Shown: positions 59,755-64,000 of the stretch, one piece after another | How the letters are laid out: each line of letters begins with the position of its first letter | Position numbering within the stretch: position 1 is the stretch's first letter | Origin: a bacterium | GTDB lineage: Bacteria; UBA8248 | Direction of reading: 5' to 3' | Assembly (NCBI GenBank): GCA_965261085.1 | Contig: OZ253442.1 | Coordinates: forward strand, 160,001 to 224,000 | Length of the DNA stretch: 64,000 nucleotides | Program-made: the position numbers and the translations under genes | The notes under the pieces: model-generated | What the model saw: the letters and a program-made list of their open reading frames with translations, nothing else | Told to the model about the DNA's origin: nothing | Databases searched by the model: none

Positions 59755-62592
59755 CTATATTTCCATCAGGCGCTCGAAACGCGTCCTCTCCATCGCCGGC
59801 GGCCGCCCTTCACCCGAATGCAGCGCTTCGGTCTGCTTCTCCGTCCCGATGCTCCCGGCCTTGCCCGCTCCGAGCGCCTCCAGAGCCGCGATCCGCTCCC
59901 CCGTCGCGGCTTCCAACCGCTCGCACAGGGCCTTCGCGTCGTCCGTCACGAGTTCCGCCCGGTCCCGGGCGCGGCTGATCTCGACGTAGAGCGTCTTCTG
60001 GTTGGTGAGGTCGGGGTGGTTCGCCTCCATGGCGGCGATGACGGTATCGACCGTCCGGCCCTGGAAGGCGTGGACGGTCGAGGCCCATGCGCGGTCGACG
60101 TGGCGAAGCTGGGGATCGGCGGTCGTCATGTCGAGGACGCGCCCGTCCTCGATGCGGAAGGTGACGCGGCCGCCCCTGACGTCCGTCACCTCGGCGCCCT
60201 GGCTGTTCATGAGACCGAGGTCCGGATCGTTGCGGGTCCAGCGGACTTTGTCGCCCTGACGCAGTTCCATCCGCTCGACCTTGTAGACCTCGACACCTCC
60301 GCTTCTTGCCGCGAGACGGCCCGGCTCCCAGCGGACTTCCCGTCCATGCCTGCCTTCCAGGATGACTGCGCCGTTCGCGTGGTCCACTCCCGCCACGCGC
60401 AGTTCATCCCCTTTCTCGACGCCCAGGCGCTTGTAGGGGCGGTGGAAGGCGACGACGTCGCCGGGTGAATAGTTCGCGGCGAGCGATTTCTCGGGGTTGG
60501 TGTAGCCGCGCGAGACGAGTCGCTCCGTGAGGAAGGAGGGACCGCGTACGACGCCGTCCCTGATCAGCCGCTCGCGGACGATGGCGTTGATCTTCTCGCG
60601 AATCGCGTGGCTTGGCGCCATGAGTCCGGCATTTGCGCGCGCCTCGGGGGAGAGCGCTATCCAGCGCGCGGCGGCGGCGCCCGCGAGGTTGTCGGGCCTG
60701 ACCTCGGCCACGTTCGAGCCGAGTTTCTCGAAGGCGCGCCTGACGTCGCCCGTGAGAGTGGCCTCGACGGCCGCTTTCAAGTCCGGGTCGCGCTGGCGCA
60801 TGATCTCTTCCATCACCGCCGTCTTCATGCCTGCTTGTTGCAATTGCGCGAAGGGTTTGCCGGCGTCGACGGCGTCGAGCTGTTTCGCATCGCCCACGAG
60901 CACGACCCGCGGCAGGCGCAGGACCTCCGAGATACGGAGTAGTTCACGCACCTCGCGCGTCGAGGCGAGGGAGCCCTCATCCACCACGAGGACGGTCTTC
61001 CCGTAGCCCGCGCGCAACTGTTTTTGGGCTTTCCTCTTCAGGCGGCCCTGGGCGACATCTGCGTATCGCGTGAGGAAGCGCTGGAGCGTCTCGCTCCCGC
61101 TCCCGGCCTCGGCTTCCAAAGTCCGCGCGGCCGAGGCCGAAGGCGCCAGGCCCCGGACCTCGTAGCCGCGCTTCTCGAGAAGCGCGCGGGCGCGCCTCAG
61201 CATCCTGGTCTTGCCGGTGCCCGCGTATCCCTGCACGCCGACGACGCGGTCGGGGTCCGTGAGGATGAGTTTGACGGCCTCGCGCTGGCCATGGGTCAGC
61301 GGGCCGTTTCTGAGCGCCTTGTCCACGGCGCGGCCGCGCATGGCGGGCGCGCCCCGTCCCCTGCCGGCCTTAATCTGCGCGATGGTCTCGCGCTCTGCCG
61401 CCGCTGCCTTCTCCGTCGTGATCATATCCTTCGCTCCGGGCAAGTCCGCCGCGTGCAGGACGCCCGTTTTTTCGAGTCTCGCCACCTCGCGCTCGGCGCC
61501 CGCCATCGACACCGCGCCGGGCCGCCAGGCGAGCGCGCCCGCGAGCAGGTCCGCGCGGTCGAAGACGGCCTCGCGTTCCGCGAGATGCGCCACGGCCCAC
61601 TCCATGGCCTCGCGGGCGGGTTCGACGTCCGCCGCGCTCCGGCCGGAGTCGCGGGATAAGGCGCTCCTCGCCATCGCCCGGGCCTTGAGGGCAGCGGCGT
61701 CGAAGCCCACCTCCTTCGCCTGCTTCTCCCAGGCGGCCATGAGCGTCGCCTTGTCGGCCTCCCGTTTGCGATCCCTCGTCATGAGCGCGACCCGCTGGGC
61801 TGCGAGCTGGTTCTCCGCCGTGGCGCCAAGCCCCCGCTCGGACATCGCGGCCTCTATCTCCGCCCGCCGGGTCGAGAACGCCTCGATCACGTCTCTCGGG
61901 ACGCCCGCGACCTCGAAGCGCCCGTCGGCGTGGGTCTTCTCGACCCGGTAGCCGAACCATTCGAGCCCACGTGCGAGTTCGGTCCGGTAGAGGGCGCCGA
62001 TCAGCATCTTCTGCGCGTAGAGCTTCTCGTTGGACATCGTGCGCCACTTGCCGTCCGTCCCCCGGACCATGTTGGCGATAACCGCGTGCGTGTGGAGCAG
62101 GGGGTCGAGGTTGCGCGACGTATCGTGCCTAAAGGTCGCGATGACGCTCTTCTGGTCCCCCGCCCGGACCATGCGCCCGGTCTTAGGCTCGCTCATCCTG
62201 GTCTCGGCGACGTTTCGCTCGACCCAGTCGAGGGTGCGCGCGACGGCCACTTCGTGGGCCCTGATCGCGCGCGCGTCGCCGCCGAGAAGGGCCAGGAGGG
62301 AGACGGATTTCGGGGCCGATAGGGTGAGGTCACGGCCGGGACGGTGTTGGAACGCCCCGTCCTTCCCCGGGCGCCCGAGCCGGCGCCCCGAACCGTCGGG
62401 CACTACGCCCTCGAGGACCGCGCGGAGGATATCGGGGTCGACCGGACCCGACAGCCCCAGGTCCTCCGCGCCCCTGCCGCGCCAGGCGCTCGCCTCCCGG
62501 TGGTTCGGGTCGTCCTTCGCGTAGTAGTCGTCGCGCTCGAAGTAGGCGGCGCACTGCGCGGGAGCGGCGACGGCGCCGATAGATGCGACCAT
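59755..62592 (-). CDS. trwC: MOBF relaxase-helicase (TrwC/TraI-like)
   Basis: N-terminal AAYFERDDYY, DLTLSAPKSVS, HDTSRNLDPLLHTH; helicase GYAGTGKT, VVDEGS, TVHAFQG. Confidence 0.92.
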   Translation of the reverse strand: MVASIGAVAAPAQCAAYFERDDYYAKDDPNHREASAWRGRGAEDLGLSGPVDPDILRAVLEGVVPDGSGRRLGRPGKDGAFQHRPGRDLTLSAPKSVSLLALLGGDARAIRAHEVAVARTLDWVERNVAETRMSEPKTGRMVRAGDQKSVIATFRHDTSRNLDPLLHTHAVIANMVRGTDGKWRTMSNEKLYAQKMLIGALYRTELARGLEWFGYRVEKTHADGRFEVAGVPRDVIEAFSTRRAEIEAAMSERGLGATAENQLAAQRVALMTRDRKREADKATLMAAWEKQAKEVGFDAAALKARAMARSALSRDSGRSAADVEPAREAMEWAVAHLAEREAVFDRADLLAGALAWRPGAVSMAGAEREVARLEKTGVLHAADLPGAKDMITTEKAAAAERETIAQIKAGRGRGAPAMRGRAVDKALRNGPLTHGQREAVKLILTDPDRVVGVQGYAGTGKTRMLRRARALLEKRGYEVRGLAPSASAARTLEAEAGSGSETLQRFLTRYADVAQGRLKRKAQKQLRAGYGKTVLVVDEGSLASTREVRELLRISEVLRLPRVVLVGDAKQLDAVDAGKPFAQLQQAGMKTAVMEEIMRQRDPDLKAAVEATLTGDVRRAFEKLGSNVAEVRPDNLAGAAAARWIALSPEARANAGLMAPSHAIREKINAIVRERLIRDGVVRGPSFLTERLVSRGYTNPEKSLAANYSPGDVVAFHRPYKRLGVEKGDELRVAGVDHANGAVILEGRHGREVRWEPGRLAARSGGVEVYKVERMELRQGDKVRWTRNDPDLGLMNSQGAEVTDVRGGRVTFRIEDGRVLDMTTADPQLRHVDRAWASTVHAFQGRTVDTVIAAMEANHPDLTNQKTLYVEISRARDRAELVTDDAKALCERLEAATGERIAALEALGAGKAGSIGTEKQTEALHSGEGRPPAMERTRFERLMEI

Positions 62593-62593
62593 A

Positions 62594-64000
62594 TCAGTAG
62601 TTCCTCAGGTTTTCCGGCTGCGGTTCCCCGGATACGGCGACATCACTCTCGCCGGATTCATGAGCGCTGGCCACACCTGTCTCTTCATCGGCGAGAGTGT
62701 CCACGATCTCGGGCGCTTCGGTTCCCGCGCCATCCTTCACCTCGGGAAGCATCGCGCCCTCTCTCGGGATGAAGCTCTCGGCCGTCTTGGGTCTCCTCAC
62801 GTAGTCGAGCTTGATCCGGGCCACGGGCCAGGGACCCGGGAACTTGAGGTAGCCGTCGAGGTTTTCGAGGCGCATGATCTCGGAAGGCAGGGCCAGGGGT
62901 CGCATCTCCCGGCGCTGGGTGAGCGATACGCCGTCCCTCATCGCGCTCGCGCCGTAGCTCAGCCCCTCCGCGTATTCCGTTATCTCGCCGCGACCGAGAC
63001 TCTCGGCCGACCAGCGCGCCGTCTCCTGTTCGGGCGCGGCCAGCACCACCCGGGTGCAGCAGAGGCCCGACACCGTCTCGGCGCCGTTTCGCCCGTAGAG
63101 ATCGCGCAGGGCGGAGATCACCTGGATCCCGAGCACGAAGCACCCCCCGAACTGGCGCGATTCTGCGAGCCCGGGCTGGAGGCTCGGCACCTGGTGCAGG
63201 GTGGGAAGCTCGTCCAACACCACCCAGACCCGGCGCGCGTCGTCCCGGTCGAGGGACAGGAGCGCGTTCACGGCGATCTCGAGCCAGGTCGAGATGAGAC
63301 CCCGGAGACTCGCGTGCTGATCCCCTCGCGAGGTCAGGAACAGGAAGCCCGCCTCGTCCTCGCGTTCCACCCACTCCCTGATGGAGAACGGCTTCCCTGA
63401 GTCGGGCAGGCACTCGAGCGCGCCCAGGTGCGCGGTCAGCATGGCGCGCACCGAGAGAGCGGTCTTGGGGTTCTCGGGGTCCACGATGGACTGCGCCACC
63501 GTGCCCTCCATGGCCTCCGCCAGGGAGGTGAGTTCGGTCTTGAGCAAATGATCTACCAGGACGCTGTTTTCAGTGACGCCGCGCTTCCAGAGGACGCCCG
63601 CGCCGTTCGCGAACAGCTGCCGCGCGGCCGTGACCCAGAAGGGGTCCACCGTGTCCTTCTGTTGGGGGATGAGAGCGGCCGCCATCGTGTCGAAATCCCG
63701 CGGCGTCCTGGCTTCCAGGAAAGGAGACCACCGCGGCGCGCGGGCGTCCAGGGGATTCATCAGCACGTCGCGGGCGGGGTCGAAGAAAGCCCGCGTGTAG
63801 CTCCCCATCTTGTCATAGAGAATGCAGCGCTCCCCCCGTGCGCGGATCTGGGCGACTAGGTCCGAGATCAGGACGGTTTTGCCCGAACCCGTGGTGCCCG
63901 AGACGATGGTGTGCTGCGTCTCGGCGCGCTCGGGCCAGGGGACCCCCGCGATGCGGGGCGAGTCCCCGCGCGCCGCCGGAAACAGCATCTCCGCCAGGCG
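62594..64000 (-). CDS. trwB: Type IV coupling protein (TrwB/TraD-like); 5' end outside window
   Basis: GTTGSGKT, YDKMG, NPLDAR...WSPF, LDELPTL, ESRQFGGC. Confidence 0.9.
   Translation of the reverse strand, partial: RLAEMLFPAARGDSPRIAGVPWPERAETQHTIVSGTTGSGKTVLISDLVAQIRARGERCILYDKMGSYTRAFFDPARDVLMNPLDARAPRWSPFLEARTPRDFDTMAAALIPQQKDTVDPFWVTAARQLFANGAGVLWKRGVTENSVLVDHLLKTELTSLAEAMEGTVAQSIVDPENPKTALSVRAMLTAHLGALECLPDSGKPFSIREWVEREDEAGFLFLTSRGDQHASLRGLISTWLEIAVNALLSLDRDDARRVWVVLDELPTLHQVPSLQPGLAESRQFGGCFVLGIQVISALRDLYGRNGAETVSGLCCTRVVLAAPEQETARWSAESLGRGEITEYAEGLSYGASAMRDGVSLTQRREMRPLALPSEIMRLENLDGYLKFPGPWPVARIKLDYVRRPKTAESFIPREGAMLPEVKDGAGTEAPEIVDTLADEETGVASAHESGESDVAVSGEPQPENLRNY

Larger units (their letters stand above)
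57250..64000. mobile_element. Integrative mobilisable/conjugative element, left part
   Basis: Tandem integrases convergent with relaxase and coupling protein; sharp GC rise relative to 54.8-57.3 kb. Left boundary approximate. Confidence 0.8.

Overview
GC-rich bacterial window dominated by catabolic and transport genes, with signs of local decay and one mobile element. 1-12.5 kb: DRE-TIM metallolyase (partial), two SDRs, M24 hydrolase, two paralogous acyl-CoA-dehydrogenase-fold flavoproteins around a CoA ligase, a ThDP enzyme, then DUF1116 and an amidohydrolase on the minus strand. 12.8-17.7 kb: Liv-type ABC transporter whose binding-protein gene is frameshifted. 18-32.3 kb: a lipid/isoprenoid-type locus with two MMPL/RND paralogues plus a remnant, a LolA-like protein, two beta-barrels, a P450 with a GPP34-like N-terminal fragment, a Rieske oxygenase, an FAD oxidoreductase and a broken DUF2236 oxygenase. 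It appears to have grown by duplication of a unit starting in the 3' tail of livF. 32.3-44.2 kb: a nested palindromic/MITE-like element, an orphan xanthine-dehydrogenase-family Mo subunit, gene remnants and two hydantoinase/oxoprolinase A/B pairs. 44.7-52.4 kb: an operon with a DRE-TIM enzyme, ABC transporter, PrpD-like and ICL/PrpB-like genes with atypical active-site motifs. 52.4-57 kb: remnants, a DinB-like gene, an OsmC-like gene split by an in-frame TGA with a SECIS-like hairpin (probable selenoprotein), tRNA-Phe, AIR-synthase-like and HAD genes. 57.3-64 kb: an integrative mobilisable element with tandem tyrosine integrases, a TrwC relaxase and a TrwB coupling protein. All family calls come from motif recognition by eye; no searches were run. 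Some frameshifts may be sequencing errors.
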